From NCBI GenBank assembly GCA_013265495.1, contig MU057930.1, forward strand, positions 718,298 through 782,297: 64,000 nucleotides of DNA, given 5' to 3'. This document shows, piece by piece, positions 50,805 to 63,255 of the stretch. Positions within the stretch are counted from its first letter, which is position 1. Each line of letters opens with the position of its first letter. The notes under the pieces are model-generated. The model had not been told where the DNA came from, did no database searches, and saw only the letters and a program-made list of their open reading frames with translations. Source of the stretch: Vicugna vicugna (Eukaryota). Made by a program: the position numbers and the translations under genes.

Positions 50805-50826
50805 AAGAGATGTAAGGAAGAGTTAC

Positions 50827-50959
50827 CTGCACTTGCTGACTGATGAGGTTCGAGGAGAGAGTGGTACCATTTCGTCCCAAGGGTGCTGACCTACTGGGAG
50901 TGGTCAGCAGTGGCTTTCAGCACAAGCCACGTGCTTCACAGATAATTCCTTTAATGGAG
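50827..50959 (-). pseudogene. EYS-like relic: N-terminal exon
   Basis: ttttag acceptor and CAG|GTAACT donor. Reads SIKGIICE...PSRSAPLG...TLSSNL (EYS: FINGKTCR...PSSYVVNWTLTENI), with one in-frame TGA. Confidence 0.6.
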
Positions 50960-51604
50960 CTAAAATAGGTTATGCATTTGTGTATCGGCACTTTCTTCTT
51001 TTACCCCAACTTTTGAGCTTCCTCTGGAATCCAGAAATAATCTTTTCCTTTTTTTGTTTTTTAAAGATACCCTTCAATAATTTCTTCATTATAGGGAAAA
51101 AATTAAAAAAAAAAAAAACCCAGACTGATGCAAAGTCAGACTGGAAAGAGTGGGACTTGCCGTAACTGGAAATTTCTAGAGCCTGGCTGGGTAGGACTTC
51201 TGCACTGGATTCAGATATCCTGTGTATTTTGAGAAACACTCCCAGATACAGACAAGCATTTCCTTTGATGGGATTTACTTTAATCACTCCCTGTGAAATG
51301 CTAAGAGCTAGAATTTTGCTGGTAATGAGCAGGGCGTTGTCCTGAAAGGCTCCTGAGAGCCTGTGGTCACTAATGCAGAGGCAAAAGAGAATTCCTCGCT
51401 GAGAGTCTCCAGAACCTTCCTCATTAAGAATTTAAATGGATTTGTGGTCAAGCTCCGGTGTAGAGGCAGAGATACGTGCTTTGAAAATGAAACCGAACAT
51501 TTAACTGAGGATTCGGGGAACGGAGGATCTAAGTGAGATTCCATGGCCTCACGTATCAGCTGCAAACTCTTAATAAGCTCCTAGAAACGGCCACGTTGTT
51601 CTAT

Positions 51605-51830
51605 TTCAAGTGTCAGCAGGCTGTGAACCATTCGCCAAGTCTGGCCCACCATCTGCTTTTATAAATAAAGTTTTATTGGAACACAGCCACATACATTCAT
51701 TTGCATATCAACACTGTCTGTGGCTGTTTCCTGCTACAACTGCAGAGCTGGATATTTTCAAGCAGATTCTATAGCCCACAAAGCTCAAAGGTTTTAACTC
51801 TTTGGCTCTTTGCAGAAAGCACTTGCTGGC
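51605..51830. mobile_element. MER58A-like DNA transposon
   Basis: TCTGGCCCACC..TAAATAAAGTTTTATTGGAACACAGCCAC..GCCCACAAAGC. Confidence 0.8.
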
Positions 51831-52856
51831 CTTTTTCTTCAGACACGTGCCCAGGGCTTTGGACACAAAAATGATCATTTGGGAGCATCTGACTTTTGGG
51901 ATGGAAAGTTTGAATAAAAGTTTTCTTCCTACGATTTTGCATTTCTGTGGAGTATGTCATTCTTGTTTTTTAAAACCACCAAAGGAAAACCACAGGGAGG
52001 TACTTTAACAATCACACATTGATTTGGTTTTCTCCAGCTGATTTCAGGCGACTCCACCTAAATGAATGTTTTTCTAAGAGAGACTGGCCAAAAACTTCAC
52101 CTCGAATTTTATGTATAATCATCAAAGATTTTGAATTTAATGCTCCTTTTTTTCTGATTAACCAATAGATTTCATCTCAATTGAAAGATAAGAAAGAACA
52201 TCAACAAAGAACTCCCAGACACAGCATATCTGTCATTCACTTCTAAAAGTAGTTTGGCAAAAGTAACTGAAGAAATAAGGAATTCGGATGAGTGTGGATA
52301 ACTTATTTTTCCAAATCTAGAAGCAAGTCAAATCTTACGGCTTTCGAACATTAACCCAAATAAGTTTTTTTTGTCCTATAATTAATAAGGTTTTCTTTAT
52401 ATGGAAAAAGAAAAAAAGAAAAAACTTGCAGCTCATGAAGGAGTCAAATTAACTTATACTGCTGAATTTTGTGTGGATTTCTCAAGTCTTGTATCTCTCA
52501 TCACGCACAGTGATGGCTTTCCTAGGTGCCTTGGCTTGGTTCGAAAGTTTCAAGTCCCTCCCTGTGACCAGTCTTAAGAACCAAAGTAAAAGTTTAGGAG
52601 CAGGACTGAGGAAGTTGTTCTTCATTTCCTGCCGTAGACATTGCATTATCAGTTATATTCCCAATTACAGGTTTCGTGCTGCATGTAAATAATTCACAGG
52701 CTGTCCTAGTCAATGAAGCCTTAGGTACCTCTAGTCAAGAGATTCCTCTAAGTCATCTGAAACCAAAGCATTCTCTAGACACCATCTCAAATAACCTAAC
52801 AGCATTTCAATTCTCATTTAGGTAAACAGAAGGAAACCACCATTTGACAGGCTTAC

Positions 52857-52939
52857 CCGCTAACACAGCAGAAAATGAATGTGTTGGCAGCAGATGGATT
52901 TTATATCATAGGGTTATAATCACGCAGCTGAGTCCGTGT
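52857..52939 (-). pseudogene. EYS-like relic: first coding exon (signal peptide)
   Basis: ttttag acceptor, ATG at 52909 (MI*NPSAANTFIFCCVSG), GG|GTAAGC phase-2 donor. Splices in frame to the next exon, giving G-SIKGIIC (EYS: MTDKSIVILSLMVFHSSFINGKTC). Confidence 0.55.
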
Positions 52940-53697
52940 CTAAAACCGTAAATCGGCCAGCAAGTTTTCTTTCAAAACTGGTGTGGGATACATGGGGGAG
53001 GGGGGTGTGGGTTGCGAACGGGAACACACGGCAGCCTCAAGTTTTGTGATTGGAGGATGATTTTTACAAAGGAGCTGGCTTCAAAGGTGTGGGAAGGACA
53101 CAGGGAAACTCCAGGCAAGAGTGCAAAGATCTGGGTCACGAAGGAGCAGGAGGGAGAAGACTTACCAGAATCTTGAGGCTTTGAGGTTTGTGTAGGAAGG
53201 GACACCTGCCCGGGAGGAATGTGGTCAGCCTCCCTCTTGTCTCTCACTCCTCTCTTCTGCTGGTGTATCTCGCTCTTCTGATTAATGAAACCAGAAGGTA
53301 CGTAATTGTTTGATGTCAGTCATCCAAGTCACTCTCTGGGAACCTGGGGTAGGATGGAGACAGTTGAACTGGGTTGTAGTGGATCAGGAAGACAGGAGAC
53401 GCTCAGGAAAGGCGGTTAGACCCCCTTTTCCCGTGGATTTTTGCCTTTTGTTTTTTGTCGTTCACTCATTTTTGCTTGCATATGTCAAAACAGCCTCATT
53501 GTTGAGCTAGCTTCTGAAGTCAAAATTTCATGTCCTATAAATGGTTAGTTGAGAATGGTTTCAACTAGGATGAATCCAGTTAACTACAGTATCAAGTGAA
53601 TTGGTTATAATTTTTTTTTAATTCTGCACAGATTAAAAAAATAATAAGACACTTCATCTTTTGCTTCTCTCTGGAGAATGATTTTATTTTATTCTCA

Positions 53698-53782
53698 TTT
53701 TTTTTATGAGGGTAGTGGGGATCGAACCCAGGACCTTGTGGGTACCAAGCATGTGCTGTGCCACTGAGCTATACTCGCCCCA
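53698..53782 (-). mobile_element. Vic-1-type SINE with TSD
   Basis: GGGGATCGAACCCAGGACC...CACTGAGCTATAC, flanked by the direct repeat CTGGAGAATGATTTTA (~53671 and ~53784). Confidence 0.8.
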
Positions 53783-54272
53783 CCTGGAGAATGATTTTAG
53801 AAATTTCTTTGAATCCGTCCTTGGTTGAATACTGACTGCTTTTTCATTTGGAGAAATACCTTTTCATGCAAAGGTATTTAATGAGAGACCTAGTGTATTC
53901 ACCTCATTTTGTCCATGTTCCAGATTTGAAGGAATATCAGTTACTTTCATAGAATCGATGTATCTTTTCTTTGATAAAATAGTAAGATATTCCATCTCTT
54001 AAAAGATGAACTCTCATGGTGGTAGTATCTGAAGTGAACTGCACATAAATGAAGACGTCCATTTTTTCTTTATAACAACTAGATCCCTTAATGATACAAC
54101 TTCACTGTGAGGTTTCTTAAGCCCAATGATTACAGCAATAAAGAACCACCTCAAATCATTTGAAAGGTCTGCAGAATACAATTTTTTGTGTGCTGATTTG
54201 AAAGAGACAGCATCTTAAAGATTGAAGCATCCTTTAATTTCATGACACCCAGACTTTAAGAATGTATGTGTC

Positions 54273-54425
54273 ATGTTATGATAAATCACAGAGAAAAAAA
54301 TGTGACAATGAGTGTGTATATGTCCATGAATGACTGAAAAATTGTGCTGAACACTGGAATTTGACACAACATTGTAAAATGATTATAAATCAATAAAAAA
54401 AGTTTAAAAAAAAAGAACAAAAAAA
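54273..54425 (+). mobile_element. Young L1 3' fragment with 15-bp TSD
   Basis: TSD AAGAATGTATGTGTC at 54258-54272 and 54426-54440 at a TT|AAGA site; same 3' end as 37897-38128. Confidence 0.85.
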
Positions 54426-55464
54426 AAGAATGTATGTGTCGAAGAAAGGTCATTTTTCTCCCATTTTTTTGTTCCATTTGTAGCACGAGAAGTGAGGTAA
54501 CTTATAAGAAGCCAGGACACTCAAGATGTGAGCTTTTTTTTTTTTTTTTTCCTGATGGTGTTTTAATTTTAGGAGCAGGAAAAAAAAAAAAAGAGAAAAG
54601 CACATTTGCATTGAATTTAAACACACCAATCCACATCATGACACTCAACATGGAGTGTTTCTTTGCAGTATTTCTTTCCTACTTAAGGAAACAAACGTTA
54701 TAAGCGAGGTTGTGGGCTCCGTGATTACCTGGGGGCAAAAACCAGTGCCCAGCGTAGTGTGTGATTTTACTGCACATTGGGTAATTTATTGCACACAACC
54801 AAACATCTGTCCAGGTCTACAAGTGTTCAGCAATCCCTCATCTTATGCTAATTTTTGTAGAAACAGAATTGTAGGATTCCTTTTCTTTTCGCTCAAATGT
54901 ACGTTACCCTCGATTCTAGCTCCAGGGGAAAACGTCCTTAAAATCTTCGGATATCAGCTGTCTCAGCCGTGACGTTAATATCAATATAAAGTTTTCCAGG
55001 TAATACAGCAAAATATATGAATGTGTCACACGGCGTGTATTGGAATGAGTGTTGCTGAATAATTAAAGAAACAAAATGTCTGTGGGCTAAACTCACTGAA
55101 GCTGCATGTGTCTTGAAAGCGTCTACTTGAGGGTAAACTTCAAGGACAACCAAAGGCAGAATTTGGTTTTTTGAAAGCTCTGTTTGGTGGACGTTTAGCC
55201 GTCTTGAATGTACCTGGAGAATACAGCCAAAATGAGGCGTTTGGAACCGATAACCAGGGTTCATCTCTGCAAAGGCAGCCTGGGGGCAGAGCGATAGGTT
55301 TTCCTTCCAAGGATTGGGCGGGAAAGATTCTCAAAAGGATCTTGGGTGAAAACTAAATACCAGATGGAGAAATGGAGGTACCCCTTCAATTCCAAATTCA
55401 AATGATGTCTCTTTACTGATTGTAATTTTTTTTAAGATATAGAATGCTTTTGTTCCTATTTAAA

Positions 55465-56115
55465 AAATAAAATTGTATATATTTGACATAGACAACATGT
55501 TTTGATAAATAGGGTATGTGTCTTGATCCTCGATGAAACGAAGACTGGACTTGAGCAAATCAACACGTCCATCTACCCACCTGGTTACCATGTACGTGTG
55601 TGTGTGGTGAGGATACCTGAGATTTACACTCTTGGCAAATTCCCAGTGTAGCCTACGGTATAATTAACTACGTCACCATGCTGCGCACGAGATCCTCGGA
55701 ACGTGTTGATCCTACGTCATCTTTTTTACCCTTTAGCCAACATCACCCATCTCCCCAACTTCTCAGCCCCTGACGACCACCATTCTACCCTGTGCTTCTG
55801 TGTGTTTGACTCTCAAAGATGTCACCTGGAAGTGGAATCAGGCAGAGCTTGTCTTTCTGTGTCTGGTTTACCCCACTTGGCACCATGTCCTTCAGGTTCA
55901 CCCAAGTTGTTGGAAATAGCTGATCTTCTTTCTTTTTTTTTTTTTAACGCTGAAAGTTTTTTTTTTATCCATACCAGAATTTCTTTATCCATCCATCCAT
56001 CAACAGACACAGACTGCTTCCGTGTGGTGGCTGCTGTGAGTCACGCCGCGATGAACATCAGAGTGCAGACATCTCTTTGAGATTCCAAATTTCATTTCCT
56101 TTCTGTATATACCCA
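55465..56115 (-). mobile_element. L1 3' region (reverse strand)
   Basis: TTCTTTATCCATCCATC..ACAGACAC..GATGAACAT..GAGTGCAGA.ATCTCTTTGAGAT. Confidence 0.8.
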
Positions 56116-59100
56116 TCTTTATTCATTTAAAAGGAGGGACTGTGCACCCACGGTTGTGTCCGGATAAGCACGTCAGGTGAGGTCTGAGTGTGAGCCATCC
56201 GTGACGAAACCCTCCAACCCTCCAACCCAAAACCCCCTCACGGACAAGTTCAAGGCAAACGCATCCTTTTCGAGAAGGCGCTTTACCCCAGAAAGGCAGT
56301 GTGCTTTGTCCCAGGATTCGCGAAGAAGTGATTTATCTTTTTCTAAGCACTGACTCCCTGCTGGCGGTCTGTTTTGCCTCATCCCATCAGACACGCGGAT
56401 GTTTGAGTCATTATCTCGAGAATGGCTGCTGTTCGTTGTGGTTTCTGCTGTGTTCGAACACTAATGTGATTCCAGAGACCAGACACCGCGTGTGATTTTA
56501 CCCTGCTTCCGAGAAGGGGACACCTCAGACGGTGGTTCTCAAACGTCAGTGTGGGTCAGAAACACGCTGAGGGTTTGTGGAAACGTAGCTTTTGATTCAG
56601 CGGGTCTGGGGTGGGGGTTTGTATCTGGCTTGATTATATCGAGGTTTCTGGTGTGTTCTACGCAGCATTGTGTTTCACACGGTCAGAATTTAGCATCTGA
56701 GCTTCTGCATCTCTAGACGGAAGACGGATTCTGTGACATGTGCCCCTGAGCGAATAAATAAGACCCCAAACTGTGCACGAGGGGTGGTCTGAGAGCTTAA
56801 TTGCCTCCTTGGAGGGACGAATTTCCAAGCTTCCTCCATGTTTTTGTTTTTGCTTTTTTTGAAGCAATGGGGAGAGGCTGGAGTTGACGGAGTCTGTTCA
56901 GAGTATGTGGCTCAGCCACCCCGTCTACTTTCGGGAACTCAGGAGATAATTAATGCAGAACGGATGAGAGGAGGTGAAGGAAATAAAGGACCCCGTGCTG
57001 CTAATCGTTTAGCGCCGGCTGTGCTCCGAGGGGCTCCGACGTGGACACGTTCTGGCATTTAGAGAACGCTTCTCTCCTGTGTGTATCGGGCGTTCTGATT
57101 TGGGCATGAAAGTTGGTTCTTTGTGGGACGGGGTGATTCAGGATTCCCCTCTGGACATTCGGGTGAATGCAAAGTTCCCTCTGCTGCTCACACTGGTGGG
57201 TAGGCATGGAAGGGGGTGAAACACGGCACACTTTGATTGACTCAGCCAGTGTACTTTTCATTGGCAACTCCCAGAAGGTCAACATCCAGTAGAACTGTCT
57301 TTCTAAGACCCCCCCCCCCCCGCCCTGGCATTTAATCTAGAGGAATTAACTCAGAGTAGGGGACAGTCCCCATTAGGGTGAGAACTTTCACGGTCAGTTC
57401 AACCCAATAAATCTTCATAGAATGACTGTAATGTACAATTGCATACTTGGTCTTTTTTTGAGTTTAGAACTTCTTTATTCCTCCAACTGTACTATTATTT
57501 ATAGTTCGCTCAATGTATTCAGATTGAATGATTAATCTGAGACTTCAACATCATATATTTTTATTTAAAAATATAATTTTCTTTAAAAGGATATGATCCT
57601 TTGTATTTCCGGGCTGTTGGTGGTCATTCCTCCTTTTTCACTTCTGATTTTTATTGATTTCAACCCTCTCCCTTTTTTTTTTTTCTTGATGAGTCTAGCT
57701 AAAGTGTTATCAGTTTGAGTTGGAATTTTGGATTAACAGATACACACTGCTACGTAAAAAACAGAAGAGCAACACGGATTTATTTACCACATAGCAAACA
57801 GAACGATATTCAATATCTTGTAATAACCTATAATGGAAAAGAATCTGAAAAAGAATACATATATATGTACACATGATTGGAATTATATAGATGTATACAT
57901 GATTGGAAGAATGCGCATATGAAGCTAGGCAGGCAAAAATCATACTGAATTATAATCATGTCAGCATCTCTTGGGAGCTGATAAAGGATTTAAATACACG
58001 TATGATGTCTGTGCTGTTAATGGAACATCTTACCTTGCATGGGTCAGAATCCGTTTTGGCTCTGATGGCAGAGGTGCGATGCCTAGTCTCTTCGCTTTTG
58101 CGTTCTCGTCTGGAGACGGCTGAGTGAATAAAGGACCGTGCAAACAAAGTGATAACTGAACCAGGTTGATAAGACGATGTTTTCGTGATGACTTTAGATG
58201 GCATAATGGTTGTGGGGGAGGCTATCTGAAGAGGTGACATTTACGGTGAGATCAGAAGGGAACAGATTCACCCTTTGGACCCAAGTCCTGCCAACACCTT
58301 GGTTTTAGCTCCCATGAGACCCATTCCAGGCTTCCGGACGTCACAACCATAAGATAAATAAGTTTTTGTTGTTTCAAGTAACCAAGTTCATGGCAATTGT
58401 TGACAGGAGTCACGGGACACAAGTACAGTTGCGTTCACATTTTCCTTATGTTGATATTTTGCCTGAAACTGGATAGAGTATTATTTGAAATACTTTCTCA
58501 CCACGTTTATAGAAATGGTGTCACAGTGTTTGTGTCTCTCTGCAGTGGGCTTTCTCCTTGTTGAATTTTATTTATGGTTTCATCTATACACCTGCTCAAC
58601 TTTCAGTGCTGTCCAGCTCCTAGCAGAATTTTTTATGAGCGTTCCCTTAAATTTTTTTTTTAAAAAGCAGATAGCTTCACACAGTCATGTGTGTGTGCTT
58701 TCCAACACAGGTTATGACTTGTCAGGTGAGAGAGTTGGAAACTCAGCCCCCTCCGTTCAGAAGGAAATTTGAAATCCAACACAATTTAACTGGCACCTGT
58801 AGACAGAATAGATCTTCAATACCAAGGCAAAATGCACCTCATTCTATGATTCTCCTTTTGAAGAGGACAGGTGGTCAAACGTCTCCCGAATTTAAATAAA
58901 AATAAAAGGTTTTAAATGTGGCAACATTTGATTTCAGGGATGGGATTAAACATTCCTTGGCAGAATTCAGAGGTCTGTGGAGATGTCACAAGCTATCTCC
59001 CCAAATGTCACTCATGCAAGCTGTTGATGATACAAAGTTAATTTGTTGCTCCAGTGGGGGAAACACCATCCCACAAAACTGGTGGCATCCCAGAGGCAGG

Positions 59101-59906
59101 CAGGGGAAGGATTTGTTAAGACTTGAAGGTTTGGGTTAAGGCAGGTCATTCGATGAAAGAGTCTGGACTCGGACTGAGTTACGGATCAAGTTACAATAGT
59201 CAAGGGTTGGTGGAAGCAGCATGGCGAGGGTTTGCAGTGGAGGGAATCCAAAGAGCCTCTGCGTGCGTACTGTCTGTTGAGATTTCTTTCCATTGAAGAG
59301 GTGGTGGGTCTTTGGGTCCGTTCCTGTAATGAGGAACCGAAAGCTTGCCTGGACCGTCAAATGACTTGCCTCGGAGTGATGGCGGAATAACAATATCGCA
59401 CTAAAGTAGAGACTAATGTGTGTTTCCATCCCTCAGGGTCCAGGGTGAGCCCGAGGGTGGGTGGGTTTCATTCTCATGCAACATTTTCCCCTAACACGGG
59501 CTGTCTAGAGAGGAGACTCGTGGTTCTCCAGGGCTATGGTTCTTTGTAGAAAAAGGGCAGAAGACGGGGGGCACTCTTTCAGAACAACTCATGGAGCATT
59601 TGTGAAATGATGTTTGCCGCCATCCTCTCCCCCCTCCATGTCTCACGGAAGACATTTACTGACGGTACAATATAGATACAAATCAATAACCTGCTCCTGT
59701 AAAGGAAGCCTTATCTATTATCCTCTTCCTTATCTCTACAGTCTTTCCCTGGTGGTGAGGGAGGCTGGACTCTACTAAATGGACAAAAAATTATTTCTCT
59801 TGACCTGTGTCTTCCTTTTCAATGCAGGAGAAATTAAATTTCTCCCGAGAAGAAGCAGCAATACATCAAACTGGCCTTCAACTCAATGCATCTCTTTAAT
59901 TGCTAG

Positions 59907-60763
59907 TGTTAGAGCAGGCAGAGAGCTAGATATGAGCAGAGACAGGGGGACACAGGCCACATGGCAGGAACTGGGCCAAAAGGCGGGGCACGGGCCCAAT
60001 GCAGGAAGCCCTACATCATGTAAACAGCAGGGGTCCCTGGGCAGAGAAAGGAAAGCAGGAACCTCTAGGCTGCTAAGTGGTCACACATTTTGGGGTGACA
60101 AGTGTCCTGGAGTCCAACAAAGAAAGGTGGGGAAAGGCATGACTCTCCAGGGTCTGAATGCAACCTTTTGCTCTTTATGCCCTCATTTCAGTAAAATTAG
60201 CCTTGCGGATTAGCAGTATCCACCATGCACCGACACCATGACATTTCCGATCCAGACTAAGTAAAGACAAAAATCCCTCCTCCCTTTGGGGAGATGGAGG
60301 TGCGATGATAATCAGGAAATACGACCCCACACCCTTCCCTCCCCAGTGAATATTCTGCCCATTCATTTTTACACAACGTTTTGCTCATTATGCCCTCATT
60401 TCAGTAAAATTAGCCTTGCGGATTAGCAGTATCCACCATGCACCGACACCATGACATTTCCGATCCAGACTAAGTAAAGACAAAAATCCCTCCTCCCTTT
60501 GGGGAGATGGAGGTGCGATGATAATCAGGAAATACGACCCCACACCCTTCCCTCCCCAGTGAATATTCTGCCCATTCATTTTTACACTCTATGTAAACAA
60601 CGTGCCAAAGAAACTCAGGGCAGCTGCTCACCTGAGTCTGCCCGCTCTGTCCTTGAGAGTGTAGTATCCATCCCTTAATAAATCCTCACTTTACTTTCTT
60701 AACCTCCCTGTCTCATGTCTGAATTCTTTCTGTGACAAGATAAGAACCTAGTCACCAGCAACA
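59907..60763 (+). mobile_element. ERV solo LTR with an internal 213-bp tandem duplication
   Basis: TGTT...AACA ends, AATAAA at ~60677 and a U5-like TCTGAATTCTTTCTG..AAGAACC. Units start at 60161 and 60374. Confidence 0.8.
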
Positions 60764-62429
60764 CCAAGAGAGAGCTGTCTCTACAATTATGTATTATAAG
60801 TAATAATTTTGGTTTCCTTGACGTGCCACTGAAAAATAGAGTGGTATTTGTATGAACAGGAAGATATAATCTAGACACAGATTTCAAATGAAAATTAAGA
60901 AAAAAAAAATACTCATTGTACTTTTCTTGGATTCCTACCCCCAAGATAATTTCTCCATTTTCTCTGTATCTCCTTTTCCTGCTTGTAAGAAGTCAACAGT
61001 GAGACGCAGGGATACAGAGACCTCCATTTGGAGGTTGGATGTCTACTCCAGTTAGGAGTAGATACAGTTGTATATAAAAGAAGATACAGTGAGCTTCAAC
61101 AAGGCAGAGGTTTATTTTGGAGATGTTCTGAAGGAGATAAGCCAGAATCTGTGTGACCGTTACATTGCCTTCAGAGACCAGGATACACGTGTCTTTCTCC
61201 TCCAGTCCTCTTGACTCGGAACTTCCATTCTCACTGTCAACTCGTGTTTCAAGGTGGCGCCTCCAAGTCCCAGTCATCACGTCCAAGACGCAGGGCAGGA
61301 GACAAAAGACAGAAGGCACTCTACATTCAGAGGGGCTCACAGGGGAGCCACCGCACAGCCTCTGATCACATGCCGTTGGAGATTCCGCAGGGCATCCGGA
61401 GACTATGAGTTTAAGTTTTGAAGCTAGGCAGACAGCCACCTACAATAAAATCAGGCTTCAGATAATAAAGACAAAGGAGAAAGTGGATGTCAGGCAGGCA
61501 ATGAGGAGTCTCTTGCAGGGTAGAAGATGAAGCTAGGGTCGGCAGAGTGGAGGAAGAGAGAGGGAGAAGGTTAAAGGAATCAGCAATATGAGGAAATGCA
61601 GGAAGAGGAAGGAGACGTGTAATGGAGTTTTCCCACATCATCTTTCAGGACCCTACAGCCCGCAGGACACCCTTTGGCTTGAAGTCATCCTGAACCCTGG
61701 TCTCTCTTTGTGGAATTCTGATTGTATGATTCTCTCCCTCCTCCATCCTGTACGGGGTTAGGTTCTCCATGGGCCATGAAGGAAATTCAACTTTGTTCTT
61801 TCCCCAGGGAGGAAAGATGCTCAACCCACAATCACGTCTGTCGTACCATAACTCCTCGAGATGCCATTGTATTGGCCATACTTGCTACATTTTTTTTTTT
61901 TAGCTACCATTTAATCCGCATTCTGACATAAACGGGATAGTATTTTAAACGAGGCAAGGACCCAGAGTTCTTATCCATTTTGGTATCTTGTTTCCTGCTC
62001 CTGTGCTGGGTGAGTGGTTTAGCTGTTGACAGTTTCCTGAGGTTTTTTCGTTCTTTTTTTTTTTTTTTTCAGTTCTCAGAAAAGATCTAAGGAAGAGATA
62101 ACAGGGCTTATCTTTGAAGAAAGAAAGAGAAAGACCTTGAGACTGCAGGGCTCTGCTTTTAACTTATGGGCAAACGGCAGACAGGAAGGCTGTTTTCTGT
62201 TGACGTGCAATCAGCTTGTGGTGGTGGGGGGGGGTGCTAACAAAAGCGCTCAAGACTCCTTTATCTCCACCTGGACCTATTACAGGAGGATTGGGGCTGG
62301 CGTGAGAGTAGGGAAGAGGGAGACGAAAGTGTATGAGTGTCTTTTTTACCTCAGGGCTCCTCCCTGGAGCGCCAGGTAACTCCAGGAGAGGAGACTTCAA
62401 ACTCTGTGACTGTGATCAGATCCCTGGAG

Positions 62430-62745
62430 GATTCGGAAGCACCTGCACACCAAAACTGAATCAAAAAGAAACACATAGTCTGAACAGACGGATCACTAGA
62501 AGTGTAATGGAATCTAATATTTAAAACAAAACAAACAAACAAAAAAGTCCCTGCAAACAAAATTCCAGGACCAGATGGCTTCAGTGTGGAATTCTACCAA
62601 GAAGAATATACCACAGTCAAGTCGGATTCATCCCAGGGTCTCAAGGATAGTTCAAGATACACAAGTGAATCAATGTGAGATACACCACATCAACAAAAGA
62701 AAAGACAAAAAGCACATGATCAACTCAATAGATGCAGGAAAAAAA
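62430..62745 (+). mobile_element. L1 ORF2 internal fragments
   Basis: CCAAAACTGAATCAA..CCAGGACCAGATGGCTTCA..GAATTCTACCAA..CACATGATCA..TCAATAGATGCAG. Confidence 0.8.
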
Positions 62746-62939
62746 AAAAGTTTGTTTGTAAAGTGAGTGGAGAAACCCACCAACACAGTGACTTGAACCT
62801 GCAGAATCTCAGCCAGGTGGACATCAGTTGCCTGTGGGAACTTCCTCTGCACTTTTGTGGACTCTATCCCTGTTCTGGTCTAAAGTCTTTCCAGTTTCGT
62901 GGAAAGCATCCCAGGCTACGTTTCATTGCTCTGCAGTCA

Positions 62940-63255
62940 GAGAGATTCGAGGCAGCAGTGGTAATCTCTTTTTGTCCATGAAGGAGCAAACTGCCTTGTG
63001 GACGGGAGGTGTCACGTGTCAGGGAACAGCAGGTGGCCTCTGGGAGCCTCAACCCTACACCCGCAAGGAACTGAGTCCCGTCAACAGCCAGTGGGCTTGA
63101 GAAAGGGCCCTGAGAAGAACATGCAGCTCTGGCCAGAAACTTGATTTCATTCTTGTGAGACCCTGGGCAGAAGACCCAGCCATGCTGTGCCTGGAAGCAA
63201 TGAGACAATCACTGACTGTGATCATTTGTTATGCAGCAATTACTAACTAATACAC
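62940..63255 (+). mobile_element. MLT1-type LTR fragment
   Basis: GCAAGGAACTGAGTCC...TTGTGAGACCCTGGGCAGAAGACCCAGC...ATTTGTTATGCAGCAAT..AACTAATACA. Confidence 0.75.

Larger units (their letters stand above)
17447..53300 (-). pseudogene. Decayed multi-exon EYS-like (EGF / mucin-like / laminin-G) pseudogene
   Basis: About 15 minus-strand segments, most with AG/GT boundaries. Their frameshifted translations follow EYS in order from signal peptide to the C-terminal LamG. Many stops and frameshifts. Confidence 0.75.

Noticed and set aside
17447..53300. Calling the relic the EYS ortholog, a processed pseudogene or a functional gene
   Set aside because: Wrong synteny and size for EYS, introns are retained, and most exons carry stops or frameshifts. 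No gene symbol assigned.
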